Of a stretch of DNA of 64,000 bases, positions 11,275-24,978 are shown one piece after another (position 1 is the stretch's first letter; each line of letters starts with the position of its first letter). The stretch comes from Selaginella moellendorffii (lineage: Eukaryota; Plantae; Lycopodiophyta). Below the pieces are notes generated by a model, which saw only the letters and a program-made list of their open reading frames with translations, was not told the DNA's origin and made no database searches. The stretch covers positions 2,682,494-2,746,493 of the forward strand of contig NW_003314268.1 of the NCBI RefSeq assembly GCF_000143415.4. Reading direction: 5' to 3'. A program made the position numbers and the translations under genes.

Positions 11275-11729
11275 AGAATTGCCAAAGCTCGGGCCTCGAA
11301 GAACCACGGGAACGAATCTCGAATCATGAAAAGTGATATATATATATAAAATAAGAGTATGTTTTAGAGTCTATTCACGTGAGACTGTCAATGATAAAAT
11401 GGTGCGTTTCCTGCAAAGTTGTTGCTGCAGTGTAACGTTAGGAACTTTTTCATATAATCTGGACTCAAATTTATATAAACTGTGAAAAAACTAAAAATGT
11501 TGTCTTTACTCATCTGGATTCACAGTTTCACTTCGTGTGTTGTTCTATGTCCCAGCATTACAGAAAAGAAAAGGAATTGACAAACACGGAACGACTTCCT
11601 CAACTAACTTTTAAAGGACAAAAAGATGCCGTCCCAAGAGGCGCCACTCAAGCATTGTATGCTGCCTCGAGCTATAAATACGAGCGGCCTTACAGATCAA
11701 ATCACTTCTCTCGAATATACTATAGTTTC

Positions 11730-11882
11730 ATAGGCTTGCTTGGTGTTGTTTCGGTTCTCACCATGTTGCAAAGGCGCTCCCTGCCACCGATGGCGCTGGT
11801 ATGGCGGCTCTGTGATCGTAAGTTTCCTCTCAGGGATTGTTTTGCAAAGTTTGGCTTGTTCTTTGAAAGCGCATTTAAATAG
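11730..11882 (+). pseudogene. CRP-B, degenerate peptide paralogue
   Basis: Own CTCGAGCTATAAATAC promoter at ~11666; remnants of LVLFSVL.ML and CHR..RWY..CDRKFP..DCF. Confidence 0.6.
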
Positions 11883-12049
11883 GAGCGATATGAAGAAAAA
11901 GTGGCATTGAAAAATCGAAGCTCTATCCAGGAAAACACCGGTACTACCACGCAGACGTACTTCAAGCCTCTAGAACACAGCAGTCAGTGCTGCCCGGTCC
12001 TGCTGGTCGGGCAGTAGTCCCCCCGGCTCACCACGAGTGGACGATCTAG

Positions 12050-13435
12050 AGCAGCGTGCATTGTCGCTCGACGACTACGCGCAACTTCTCACAGCTTGCA
12101 TCGAATTGCGTCAAGGCGCCACGCGCAGCCACCACCAATCCAGCAGGTACCTCGCAAATCTTCTCATCCAACTCTATGGAAGGTGCGAGCGCGCGGATTG
12201 ACATGGCAGGTGTTTATCAGCATCCACGAGCCCAACAGATTCTCCTGGAACTTGCTGTTTGGCGCTTATGCCCAAAGTGGGTATCTTGAGAAAGAAAAAG
12301 AGCTGTTTGATCAGATGCCACAAAGGGATATTGTTGCTTGGCTGAATTTTATGACGGCTCGTGCAAACCGTGGAAACTTTGAGGAATGCCAAGAATTGTT
12401 TGAGGTTCCAGAATGGGACGTAGTTTTCTGGAACTCTCTACTTAAAGCATATGCCCATAACGGGCATATGGATCAAGAAAGCCAGATCTTTGATGGAATG
12501 CTAGAACACAACAGAGTTTCTTATGGTTCCTGGGTATGCAAGAAAGGTCTTGTTAACGACGCGCTAAGTTTGTTTATGAGAATCCCCGAAACCAACGAGC
12601 TGGGATGAACTGTTCTTGTCAGTAAAATGCCACACCGCGACTTAATCTCGTGGAACGCAATGCTAGCGGCAACGTCCAACCTGGAAGAAGCAAGGTCTCT
12701 GTTTGAAGCCATGGCACAGAAGAACGTTGCATCGTGGTCGACAATATCACAGCACTGGCCGAGAGAAACCAGCTCGAAGAAGCTCGCATTCTCTTGGATC
12801 GACCTGAGGACTTACATGATCTTGGCCTCGGCCACCTCGAAGAAGCCATGAAGATGTTTGCACGGATGCCACAGCGCGATCTCGTTGCTTAGTCGGCAAT
12901 GGTGGCGGCACTTGCTTTGCACAGGAGCTTGATCGATGCCAGAGTCTTGTTCGACCAAATGCCACAGCACGATAGCGTCGTACATCCAGAGCAATTGCCC
13001 TCGTCCAAGCGCGGGAGCCCATGCTGGTGAGGTCACAGCGATCTGGATTGCCGCGAGCACTCAAAGGGGGAATCTCTTGCAGCCCGGGAAGATCTTCTCC
13101 ACGTTGCCTGATCGGCTCATTGTCCCGTGGAACGCGATGATCCATGGCTGCGCACAGAATGGCCATGAGCGAAAGCCACTGAGTTTTTGGCAGCATGGCG
13201 ATGGAGGGCGAGGCGAGAAACCAGATAAGTTTCCAGGCGATTCTCCTGGCTTGCAATCACGGTGGGAAGCTCCGTGTGGCACTCGACTACTTTCGATCTA
13301 TGGTGGCCGAGTACAGCATTTCTCCATGTGATTCACTTCCAGGCGATGGCAGATGTGCTGGGATGAGCCGGGCTGGTTGCCGAGGCCGAAGGTCTGCTGC
13401 TGGCAATGCCCTTCTAGCCGCATTTCCTCGCGTGA
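12050..13435 (+). pseudogene. PLS-E PPR pseudogene
   Basis: WQVFISIHEPNRFSWNLL.GAYAQSG, MPHRDLISWNAML, ISFQAILLACNHGG; multiple frameshifts. Confidence 0.88.
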
Positions 13436-13436
13436 C

Positions 13437-13608
13437 AATTTGCAAATAATAAGTTGTTGATTCTTGATACAATTTTTGGAACTAATCATTATAAATTAAA
13501 GTTTTTATTTATTCTAATCACTATAAGGTAAAGTTTTCATTTATTTTAAAGTGAATAATCTTTGATAATTTACAACTTCCATTATACACCATGCTTGTTT
13601 TTTATTAT
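13437..13608 (+). mobile_element. MULE-like fragment
   Basis: Matches 2085-2220 and the reverse complement of 40718-40800. Confidence 0.6.
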
Positions 13609-14398
13609 GCTGCTGGATGTTCTTTTTTGGGCAGAGAGCTCGGTGGTGGATGTCCAGCTCCATGATGCTCGGGAGACCTTGGTGGTGCTCCATGATGCTC
13701 GAGAGAGCTCGGGCTGACCCCCAAATTCGCGAGCTCCTGAGGCCACCAAGGCGGCCTTCCCACTGGTGCTCGCCACAAGTCTGCATCCAGAAACGATCCA
13801 CTCTTTCGTGCTGCTGATCCAGTGCATGGCCAGCAGGGAAGCCAGGGAAACGTCATGATGGAGGGATCCTCTTGTCGTCTTTCCTGCAAATGAAGTTGAC
13901 GAGCAGACAAGGCTGTTTTCAGCCACTCGTCCTGATCCGGAGGATGATCCACTCTTCTCGACTGGTGGCTACTCTCATCATCCAGCAGGCAAGAAAATGG
14001 CTGCAAACGAGCTCCCAGTGCGCATATCATCTCGAGGCGACTGGGTTCCAGAGGAGTTTCATGGCCGGGAACAAGGACGAAAAATGACGGATCGTTCTGG
14101 CACCGTGTTCTGGATCCTGGAGATGTCGTAGCACTGGCAAAGAAGCGGGCTGAGATGGAGAAACAAATGCAGAAGTTCATCATGATGGAGCCCCGCATCC
14201 GGCCTTTTTCCCACATGTTAGTAGTCTCTGCACTTGAGCCAGGAAGCGCGATGTGGAGAACAGCCCCGAGATCACGAGCGACGAGAACCTTCTCTGGAAG
14301 TTGACAGCCAATGATCCCAAGCGGGTCAAGAGTAATTTGGAGGTGGAGCCATCTGCTCCGGGGCACGCTTCTCTGACAGGTGAGTTCTTCCACCTTTG
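13609..14398 (+). pseudogene. Rearranged PRP-TM: minus-strand Pro-rich piece (13609-13711) fused to plus-strand 3' half (13712-14398)
   Basis: 13609-13711 matches 55965-56069; 13712 onward matches 38557-39240. Confidence 0.85.
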
Positions 14399-14689
14399 AG
14401 AGAGACAGGGAACTTGATGAGGTACGTTTCTTCAAAGTCAATTTGTATAGATGCTACTCCTCGATTGCAGGCACTGCGAGAGACAAAACATAAGAACAAG
14501 TGAAAAAAAAAAAAAGAATTGAGAGCGAAATCTGGCTTTCTCTTCAGTCCCTTAAGGTCCTCTTACCTTAAATGCTTTTCATAGGTGTACAAATCATCGA
14601 TATACAATTAGCCAGAATGATCACATATTTATTTTGTTAATTTCTATTCTGTTTTTAAGCTATTTTATGCTGTATTATTGCACTAATAG

Positions 14690-14870
14690 ATATTAGACAA
14701 CACCAGAAATCCTACTGCCTCTCACTTGGTTTTTCTCATGCAACTCATATCAAATTCCAAAGTGGTTTTGGTCACAGGCCCCAGAATGGCATTTTGGAGT
14801 GGTGTTTGTCATCAATGATGTTCTCCCTTGCAAGTCCATTTTCCCCAGAATCCATTTTGCCCAAGTTTTG
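14690..14870 (+). pseudogene. Dirigent protein 5' fragment, truncated by MULE-like insertion
   Basis: NPTASHLVFLMQ and HFGVVFVINDVL; near-identical to 39520-39700. Confidence 0.65.
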
Positions 14871-15325
14871 AGATTGCATATGAGTGTGATGGTTAAGTTT
14901 TATAATTAATTTTAATCTACTAAATTTTGCTCTCTTTGCTTCAACATAATAAATTTTACTTAATGTTTGCAAAATTGTCTTTTAGTTGCCCATAAACAAT
15001 TACACTAAGTTGAAAAAACTTAATTACTGTGTTATTCACCTCTAACGATGAGATACCATATAGATAAATTTGAAAATGATTATACATAAGATTTGTGAAT
15101 ATTGTATTTATCAAATTTTACTTGAGAGTTGTTAATATTTCTTGCTTTAACAATCACACCATTAATTAATTTTTGGTACTTATAATTTCAAATAAAACAA
15201 TGATCTTTGCAATAAGTAGTAAATCAGTACTTTATTTGAACTTTAATAGTAAATTGACGAATTGCCTAATTTATCCTTAGAGTGTTTTGTTTTTTTGGAC
15301 AAGAGTTTAAATTTCATATTGGAGT

Positions 15326-18300
15326 TATGAGTGCTTGGAATATGGAAAGGGAATATAGAAAATGTGCATATCAATTAACCCAAAAACCCTTAGCTTATAT
15401 ACAAGAGTGAGTGATCCAAATTAAACTAATCTGACGGCTACCAAAATTTCACTACATTAAGATTAGTATATGGCATTATAGCCATACACTTGGACCTCAC
15501 ATAATCCCCTCCTCTGAGAATAATGGAAGACCATCAAGGTTCTCTTGTAAATGGGCCGGGATCTAGAGGAACGTCAAGAGGAGGTATCAGCAGATTTGTA
15601 GGTGGTCTCAATTGTTCATGATCCCTTTGTATGAAGCATTTCAACTAATGTACATGCACAATTTATGGGGGATTGGCCTGTTAGACATTATACTGAACCT
15701 CATAAACTTGCAATCCAACTTGTTGCAACACCTAATATAGTCCTTTCCACTAAGCAAAGAGCTCCTTAGATAAACCACGTACCATAAAGTGGGGAAAACA
15801 GACTAACACTAAGTCATCCACTTTGTGGTGGATGATAATAGGAGTTGTAACTTCGTTGTTGTCCCCTAAGTGTTCAGCAAACTTTGCTCGGACAAATGGA
15901 AGAATGCTTATCAAATATTGATCTCACCACCTAGCATCGACAGCTCGTGGCAATTGCAAAGGTAAACCCAACTCCATTGGTAATATTGTATCATGACCAT
16001 ATAGAAGTTTATATGGTGAAGCACTAATATAACTCTATATACGCATATGTATACCGAAGAGATGGCAAATAACCATCCCAATTTGAATGCTGAAAGTTCA
16101 CATATTTCGTGATCATTCCTTTGAATGTCCGAACAAGCCGTTCCACCAAACCATATGACTGTGGATGATAAATACTCGTGAAAGTGTGGCATATCCCCAA
16201 CCGAGACGTCAAAACATGAAATTCCTTAACTATAAATGCGGGATTATTATCCAAAAGAATCTGCTCCAGACAAGAATGTTAGAACACCACTCGATTGAGG
16301 AAGAAGTCTCCAATAGTAGTTGTAAAAGCACTATCAAGAGCACTAATTTCCACCTGATGAGTCAAATAGTTAAAAATAATAATAATATACTCATTGTCAA
16401 TAGGAAAAGGTCCAATAAGATCAAATGCCACCAACTCAAATGGATGGAAAATTGCAATTGACTTCAACCATCCTTCCGCAGCATGAAGGGGAGTATTATA
16501 AACTTGGCACCAAATGCAACTACACACATATCGGATAACATCATGTCGCATCTTCGGCCGATAGAAAGACCTGTGCAGCTTCTTGGTCACACGACGATGT
16601 CCCATATGCCCACCTAGAATAAAAGAATCATAGTAGGTATGGAGAAACCGTAGAATAAAGACAGAAGGCACCACCAGCCATAAAGGATCATCAGGATCCA
16701 ACCCAACAAAATAAAAAGAAGGCCGTCGTCAAGAAGATACTAAGAATGTAAATGCTAGAATGGCAAGTCATCAGTAAGTGATGCAAGACTTTTAAACCCA
16801 TATCGAAACATTCGAATCCATAGCTTAAGCTTTTGAGCCTTGCGAACCTCATCAAGAGAAGGTAGATCTTGCTCTGCCCCTTATGAACACTGAACATCAA
16901 GTATAACAACCGCTGACGGCATAGAATCCTCGTTTAGAAAATCCACAGATGCCGGACAATAGACTCATCGAAAGCATGAAAAAAGTGTGGAAAAGGAAGA
17001 GGAGCTTGAGAAAGGGCATCAACATTAGCCATAGAACTCCCTGGGCGATAAACAACATCAAAATCATATATATGAAGTTTCAAAGCCCACCAAGTAGTAC
17101 AACCAACCAAGTTCTTTTGCTTCAATAATGAAGTAATGGTAGCATGATTGTTGTGAATATAACTTTGGGTATCAAAAATTACCTGTCAGCTAGTCCTTTC
17201 GGATACTCTTTCCTTACTGCCACGATGGCAGGAGGTTGTTATTGCTGGATCTATTATCAATCTCCACCTAAGCTAGTTGAGAAATTGGTCATCACATGTG
17301 CACTTAGACCAAAAGGGCACTAAGGAAGGAAATCTTACGTTGTCATTTAGTTAAGTATACTTGGCACGGTGACGAGAAACTCATATTGTTGACTTGCACT
17401 TGCTAGTGTTGGGAACCTTTGCAATATTGAGATTGGTCCTTCAATATTCGCTAGATGATAGCTTACCGTGTCTACCAAACACCTTTGCTATTATACCTTT
17501 TGTGTTAGTCTCATTCCAGTCCCAAATGCTATTTATGGAAAGTGTTCAGATTTGCTCATTTGGCATATCTATGGAATGTAAAGATTGTCCTGAACACAAT
17601 GGTGTTCATCCCGTGTCTAAATTCGCAATCTAGGAACATTCCATATTTAGTAAGTTTCGAGCTTGTCTTAGAGACTAACTCTTGGTACTAAGGGTGGATT
17701 GGGGTGAAAGCCCAAAGCATGTGTTCCTCAAGGGGGGGAGGGTTCCAAATGTATAATAGGGATAGTGGGTAGGTTAGACATGGCTAACCAACCTGAGACA
17801 TAGTTTAACTCCTACTTGCGTGCTTGTCTTTGTTCTCCGTCCAGCTTGGGTCTAAGCCCAAATTCCATTCCATGCTAGCTGATGGAGTACTTATATCCTT
17901 GCATTAGGCCATTAGTATGCTGAAATAGGAGTGAAGGGACAGGAGCACGGAGCGACTTGGAATAGTCCTAGAGCAACTAGCATCCCAATGCTAGGACCAA
18001 CATGCAAAACAGAGCTAAACGGAGTCTGGCGCTTAGGCTGTATGCTTGGGAGTTACTCTATGGTCCGGTTTCGTCATTCCTTGGCTTTATGCTTGGGAGT
18101 TTGGCACTGTTCCTTCGTTCAGTGGCCCAAGGCCCTGAAACTTGGGTTCCACACCAGGACACATGGCATATGATATATGGCATGTAGCATATGTCATGTG
18201 GCATAAAGAGGGTTTAGGTTCCACTTTATGGTGTTATCCTATGGTAAATTACCATAGGATAAAGGGTAAAACCACATGTGCTACAATGATCACCTTCAAG

Positions 18301-19710
18301 GAATGTCTGAGAATGATATATATATGTATGAAGTTTCTCGAAACCCCAGACTGCTGCTAAACACTCTTTCTCCATCATGGAGTAGTTCACCTCTACTAGT
18401 TGTAATGTACAGCTTATATACGCAATGGGATGGTGCTGAACAGGCACACTCAGGCTCTTTTGCATTAACACACCTCCAAGACCAATATCAGAAGCATCCA
18501 TGTGCAAAATAAAAAGTCAAGTGTAATCAGGATATGCCAAAACTAGAGGAATTGTTAAAAGCTCTTTCAAATTCACAAATGCTCGCTCACAATCTGGAGA
18601 TCAGATGAAAGATGACATTGATGACTTTAACAATGCTTGCAATGGTGCAATGCAATCAAAAAAATGATCCACCAAATAACCAAGATACTACACCTGCCCA
18701 GGAAGCATTGCACATCATTCACACACTTCAAAGTAGGGAGTTTTAGAACAACCACAAGTTTGTCAGGATCAACTTACAAACCCTCACGAGAAATACAATA
18801 CCCAAGATAAATTGTGTCCTTGGACCCAAACATGCACTTCAACTACTTCAGCTTTAAACTAACGTTCCGCCGATCCAACACTTTACAAATATCATGAACA
18901 TAATCATTCCACGTCCCCTCCAAGTGGATCAAGACATCATCAATGAAGTCAGCAGTCACCTCTGGCATATCGTAAAGAACCTCATTCATCATTCGCTAAA
19001 AAGTTGTTAAAGCATTGTTCAAACCAAATGGCATCACCAAGAACTCATACAAATCAAATGGTATACGAAAAGCAGTCTTAAAAATATCTTCTTCGGTTAT
19101 CAGTATTTGCTAGTACCTAGAAGGAAGATTTAGTTTGGTGAACTAACGACTTCACCCTAGACGATCCAAGAAATTAGTAATGTGAGGAAGAGGGTACACA
19201 TCTGGGATCATCACTTCGTTTAACGGATGATAGTCAATATAAAAACGAATACTTCCATTAATATGAGGTTCATATGCCCAAGGACTCCACGACTTTTGAA
19301 TAACACCCTTCTCAAACATTTCTTTGATGTTTGCATGTAGAATCTTAATCTCTTTGGGTGACTGATGACGAACAAGAACTTTGATTAGACAAACATCCCC
19401 AGTTAGAATCAGATGACGTGTGGCAATCTTGGCCCTAGATGGTAAGTCAAATTCAAAGAGATCATAATACTCCTTCATGAGCCGATTAACTACTACAGCA
19501 CAAAAATTGTTAGAGGGATCAAAAAAGGGAAAAGTAGAATAAAATGGAAACATAAGAGGAAATAGTGGGGGGATGAAAGTAATGGAGGTAGAGGTAAAAG
19601 TAAAAAGACGAAAGGGTACGAAAATGAAAGGAATGGATGAAATATAAGGAAGTATGAAACAAGGGGGAGAAGCCTTAAAGTCATATTTGGCATAATTGCG
19701 CTACAACTAT
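15326..19710 (-). mobile_element. 5'-truncated Ty3/gypsy element (partial protease, RT, RNase H, integrase, 3' LTR), degenerate
   Basis: LTR 15326-15501 with adjacent PPT; YHPQSYGLVER, GHMG, FELVAFDLIGP, DASDIGLGGVLMQ, RFYIDYHPLN..DVYPLP; empty site at ~40125-40150. Confidence 0.9.
17149..18285. mobile_element. Solo LTR (1137 bp) nested in the gypsy RNase H region
   Basis: TGT...ACA termini; TSD ATGAT at 17144-17148 and 18286-18290; empty site GCATGGTCACC at ~49203. Confidence 0.85.
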
Positions 19711-19971
19711 AATACCTTAATTGAACTATTTATTTTTTTATTAGTATAAGGAAAATTTTAAGTAGCAACAACCTACATATCTATCAAATACAAAGAAAAT
19801 TATAAAAGTCAAAATATTGATTCACTTACCAATTTTATCATTTTATTCATCTTAAAAATACCTAATAAATGCTTCTTCATTTTGAAAATTAATTTCAAAA
19901 TATTTGATAAGTTCCTTAATCTTAGCTCACTTAATAGTATCATCATAAAAATTGTGTGAATTAAATGATAC

Positions 19972-22900
19972 TGTGAGGACCAAGTGTACAGCTATAATCC
20001 CGTATACTAATTTAGCATAGTGGGATTTTAGTAGCCATCAGATTAGTTTTAACCTAGACCACTCACTCTTATATATAAACTAGAATTTTTTGGCGCACAT
20101 TTTCTGTATTCCCTTTCCATTGTCCGTGCACTCACATTGGTGGAGATGAGGGGCACCTTTGATTGTCCCTGAGAAGTGCTTGGATTTGGGATTTTGGTTT
20201 AAATTTAGCTTTTGCATTGTCTAAATCTAGCTTTTTCCATTTCCTTTCTTTTGTTCTTTCCCTTCAAGATTTTGGTTTAAATTTAGCTTTTTGCATTGTC
20301 TAAATCTCCATTTCCTTCTAGGTTTTTGTCATTCCTTTTTTTTTGTTCTTTCCTTTTTGTTCATCTTCATGGCAAATTAGCAATCTCCTCTTTTGACTCT
20401 AGAGCAGCAATTGGTACAATTACTTGATGCTATGCACTTGCAATTGAACAACAAAACTCAGTTAATGGCAGCGTGGTACAACTCCTCCTGCTTTTGGTGT
20501 CAATCCTCGCGTTCGGCTGGAGTTTTTTCATGGGAATCTTGGGGATGATGTATACCATTGGTTTGATCACTTCATGGTGATTGCCACATATCATTCTTGA
20601 GATGATGCTCGATGTTTGCATGAGTTTCCCACGTGTCTCCAAGGGACAACATTATAGTGGTACAATAGTTTGAGTGTAGCCACTCGTGGGGATTGGAGTG
20701 TTCTCCTGGACATCTTCAAATGCACATTCAAACATGTCGACGATTGTGATGATGCCTTCCAACAATTGCATCATCTTCGCCAAGAGCCATTGAGTCAGTG
20801 ATGTAATTTAGTATTCGTTTTCGAAGTCTTTTGTGGAGCCAAATATGTCGGAGCAGATCAAGCTAGGAATGTTGTGGCCAGCATTTTATCAAGATTTTGT
20901 TGGATTTATGCATGCACTTGCTCCAGCCACCTTAATGATGCGCTTTGTTTGGCACAACGTTATGAAACGTCACCTCTTCCACTTCTCACTACCCGTCCTT
21001 CCACTCCTCTTCCTGTGGGTGATGGTCCTATTCCAATGGAGGTTGATGCTGCTCGAGTCCAAAGACAAGGGCGAGGACGTGGTCATGGCCGTGACATTCG
21101 CTATTGGGCACGTAATGAAGTTGGTCACACTTATTGGCATTGTTGGCATTTTCCAGATTGGTGACCTCCATTTCCTGGGTGGAGACCTTGGCATCAATAA
21201 CGTCCTGTTGGTGCTGCTGCAGTGGAAGGTCTAGACACTGAGATGCATCCAAGAAATGAGGAGTCGCGCAAGTAATAGAGCAACCTTGCGCAAATAAGTC
21301 AGTGATCCTTCCATCTTTCTTTCAAGAGTATCATCAAGGGGTTCACTCAGCACCGATTCATCCAGTATTTACTTTCCAAGCTTGTTTTTATAACAAGAAG
21401 TCTCCTATTATTCTCTATTGGTTATTATTGTTTGATATAAGTTCAAGTTTATCTTCCATTGCTCGATCTGTTGCCACACGTTGCCGTTTACACTTGCGTC
21501 ATATGGCGGAACCAGTTTTCATTCTTTATGGCAACGGCCGTACACATGCATATGCACTGGATGAGGTGGACCTGGTTGTGCGTGTGAGCGATCTCGAGCT
21601 TGAGTTGCAGTCATTGTGGGTGGTGCCGAGTCAAGCTTTTGACCTTATTCTTGGTATGGATTGGTTGCAACGCAATCATGCCAAGTGTGATTTTGAGGCT
21701 TCTCCCTCTTGTCTCATACTTCCTTATGTTTCATCCATTCCTCTCACTTTTGTACCTCTTTGTCCTTCTATTTCTACCTCTGCTTCCATTACTTTTGTTC
21801 CCCCACTATTTCTTCCTATGTTTCCATTTTGTTCTGCTCTTCCCTTTTCCGATCCCTCCGATGATCTTTGTGTTGCAGTGGTGGACCAGCTCATGAAGGA
21901 GTATTCTAATCTCTTTGAATTTAACCTATCATCTGGGGCCAAGATTGCCCCGGTTGTCATCCAATTCCAACCGGGGATGCCCGTCCAATCAATGTTTCTG
22001 TTCGTCGTCGGTCACCCAAAGAGATCAAGATTTTAAGTGCAAACGTTAAGGAGATGTTGGAGAAGGGTCTTATTCAGAAGTCGCGGAGTCCTTGGGCATA
22101 TGAACTTCATCTTGTGACGAAGCTTGATGAGAGTATTCATTTCTGCATCAACTATCGTCCATTAAACAAAGTGACGATCTTGGATGTGTACCCTCTTCCT
22201 CACACTGCTGATCTCTTAGATCATCTGGGGCGAAGTCGTTAATTCACCAAGCTAGATCTTGCTTCTGGGTACTAGCAAGTACCAATGGCTGAAGAAGATA
22301 TTCCTAAGACTACTTTTCGTACACCATTTGGATTGTATGAGTTCTTGGTGATGCCGTTTAGTTTGAACAATGCTCCAGCAACTTTCTAGCGGATGATGGA
22401 TGAGGTTCTTTGTGATATGCCAAAGGTGACTGCTAACTTCATTGATGATGTCTTGATCCACTCAGAGAGGACGTGGGAGGAGCACATTCGTGATGTTCAT
22501 AAAGTGTTGGATCGGCTACGGGACGTTGGTTTAAAGCTAAAGCGATTGAAGTGCGTGTTTGTGTCCAAGGACACAACTTATTTTGGGTACCATATTTCTT
22601 GTAAGGGTTTGCAAGTTGATCCTGACAAACTTGTGGCTATTCTAAAGTTCCCTATTCCGAAGTGTGTAAATGATGTGCAGCACTTCTTGGACAAGGTGCA
22701 GTATCTCGGTCACTTTGTGGATCATCTTTCTGATCGCACTATACCATTGCAAGCGTTGCTGAAGCCATCAACATCATCTTTCATCTAATCTTTGGATTAT
22801 GAGCAGGCATTCATGAATCTCAAAGAGCTATTGATGACTCGTCCAGTTTTGGCATATCCTAACTACACTTGACCTTTTATTTTGCGTGTGGATGCTTTTA

Positions 22901-24899
22901 ACATTAGTCTTGGAGGTGTGTTGATGCAAAAGAGCTCGAGTGTGCTTGGTCAGTGCCATCCTATTGTGTATATAAGTTGTACATTATAACCAATGGAGAT
23001 GAACTACTCCATGACAGAGGAGTGTTTAACAGCAATCTGGGGTTTCGAGAAACTTTATGTATATATACATGGTTCTCAGACGTTATTTGAAGGTGAACAT
23101 GCTACTGTTACTTCATTATTGAAGCGGAAGAACATGGTTAGTCATACTACTTAATGGGCTTTGAAGCTCCATATTTATGATTTTGATGTTGTTCATCGCT
23201 TAGAGAATTCTATGGCTGATGTTGATGCCCTTTCTTAAACTCCTCTTCCTTCTCCACTCTCTTTTCATATTTCTGACGAGCCTATTGTTCTAGCATCTGT
23301 GGATTTTTTAGACAAGGATTTTGTGCTATCGGCGGTTAGGTTCGCGAGGCTAAGATTAATTCATGGATTTGAAGGCTTCGAGATGGGTTTGAGAATCCTA
23401 CATCACTTGCTAATAATTTACTTTTCTGGCATTTACATTCTCAATATCTCTTTGAAGATGGCCTTTTTTATTTTGTAGAGACAGATCCTGATGATCATTT
23501 ACGTCTAATGGTGCCTTCTGTCTTTATTCCATAGTTTCTCCATGCCTACCATAATTCTCCTATTCTAGGTAGGCATATGGGACAACGTCGTGTAATCGAG
23601 AAGTTGCACAAGTCTTTCTATTGGTTGGAGATGCGACATGATATTATCCGGTATGTGGGTAGCTGGGTTTAGTGCTAAGTTCGTAATACTCCTCCTCGTG
23701 CTGCGGAAGGACGGTTGGAGTCAATTGTAGTTTCCCATCCATTTGAGTTGGTGGCGTTTGATCTTATGAGACATTTTCCACAGCCGATTGCTGGCAATGA
23801 GTATGTTATTATTGCTTTTGACTACTTGACTTATTGGGTGGAAGTTGGTGCTCTTGCTAGTGCCTCTACAATTGCTGTTGGATACTTCCTCAATCAAATA
23901 GTATTCCAACATTCTTGTCCAAAACAGATTCTTTCGAATAATGGTCCTGCATTTATAGCTGAGGCATTTCATGTTTTGAAGTTTTAGTCGGGGATACGCC
24001 ACACTTTCATGAGTGTTTATCATCCACAATCAGATGGTTTAGTGGAACGGCTCATTCAGACATTCAAAGGGATGATTACAAAGTATATGAACTTTCAGCA
24101 TTTGGATTGAGATGGTTATTTGCCGTCTCTTCAGTATGCATATGTCACAAGGGTGCAAAGTTCTATTGGTGCTTCACCATATAAACTCTAATATGGTCAT
24201 GATCTAATATTACTAATGGAGTTGGGTTTACCTTCGCGAATGCCACGAGCTGCCGATGCTAAGTCGTGGGATTAGTATTTAACGAGAATTTTTCCACTTG
24301 TCCAAGTAGAGTTTGCCGAACACTTAGGCTGCGTACAAGTGGGACGCTAAAACTCCCATCATTGTCCACCTACGAAGTACAAAATGGATGATTTAGTGTT
24401 AATCTGTTTTCCCCATCTTACGGTATGTGGTTTTTTTAAGGGGCTCCTTCACAGTGGAAAGGACCGTATTGGGTGTTGCGGCAAGTTGGACTACAAGTTT
24501 ATGAGGTTCAGCATGACATCTAGCAGGCCAATCCTCCAAAGATTGTGCATGTGCAATAGTTGAAACGCTTCATACAAAAGGATCAAGAGCAATTAATACC
24601 ACCTACGAATTTGTCGATGCCTCCTCCTGACGTTCCTCCAGATCCTGGCCTATCTACGAGAGAACTTTGATGGTCTTCCATTATTCCAAGAGGAGGGAAT
24701 GATGTGAGGGCCAAGTGTACAGCTATGATGCCGTATACTAATATTAGCATAGTGGGATTTTGGTAGTCATCAGATTGGTTTTAATTTGGACCACTTGCTC
24801 TTATATATAAACTAGGGTTTTTGGGTTAATTGATATACACGTTTTCTGTATTCCCTTTCTATAGTCCATGTACTCACTTCCATAATCCATGCACTCACA
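19972..24899 (+). mobile_element. Full-length degenerate Ty3/gypsy retrotransposon with no chromodomain visible
   Basis: LTRs 19972-20136 and 24703-24899; PBS TGGTGGAGATGAGGGG 20138-20153; PPT 24688-24699; gag PMEVD, protease DLILGMDWL, RT FIDD, RNase H, integrase with KGPY; flanks ATAC/ATAT; empty site at ~40375-40395. Confidence 0.93.
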
Positions 24900-24978
24900 A
24901 TATATAATATCTTTAAAATATTTCTATATTTACATCTAAATATCCCATGATTCCACCTTACAAATAATATATTTAAGT

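Noticed and set aside
20138-20153. tRNA gene
   Set aside because: Only a 16-nt primer-binding site next to an LTR; no cloverleaf
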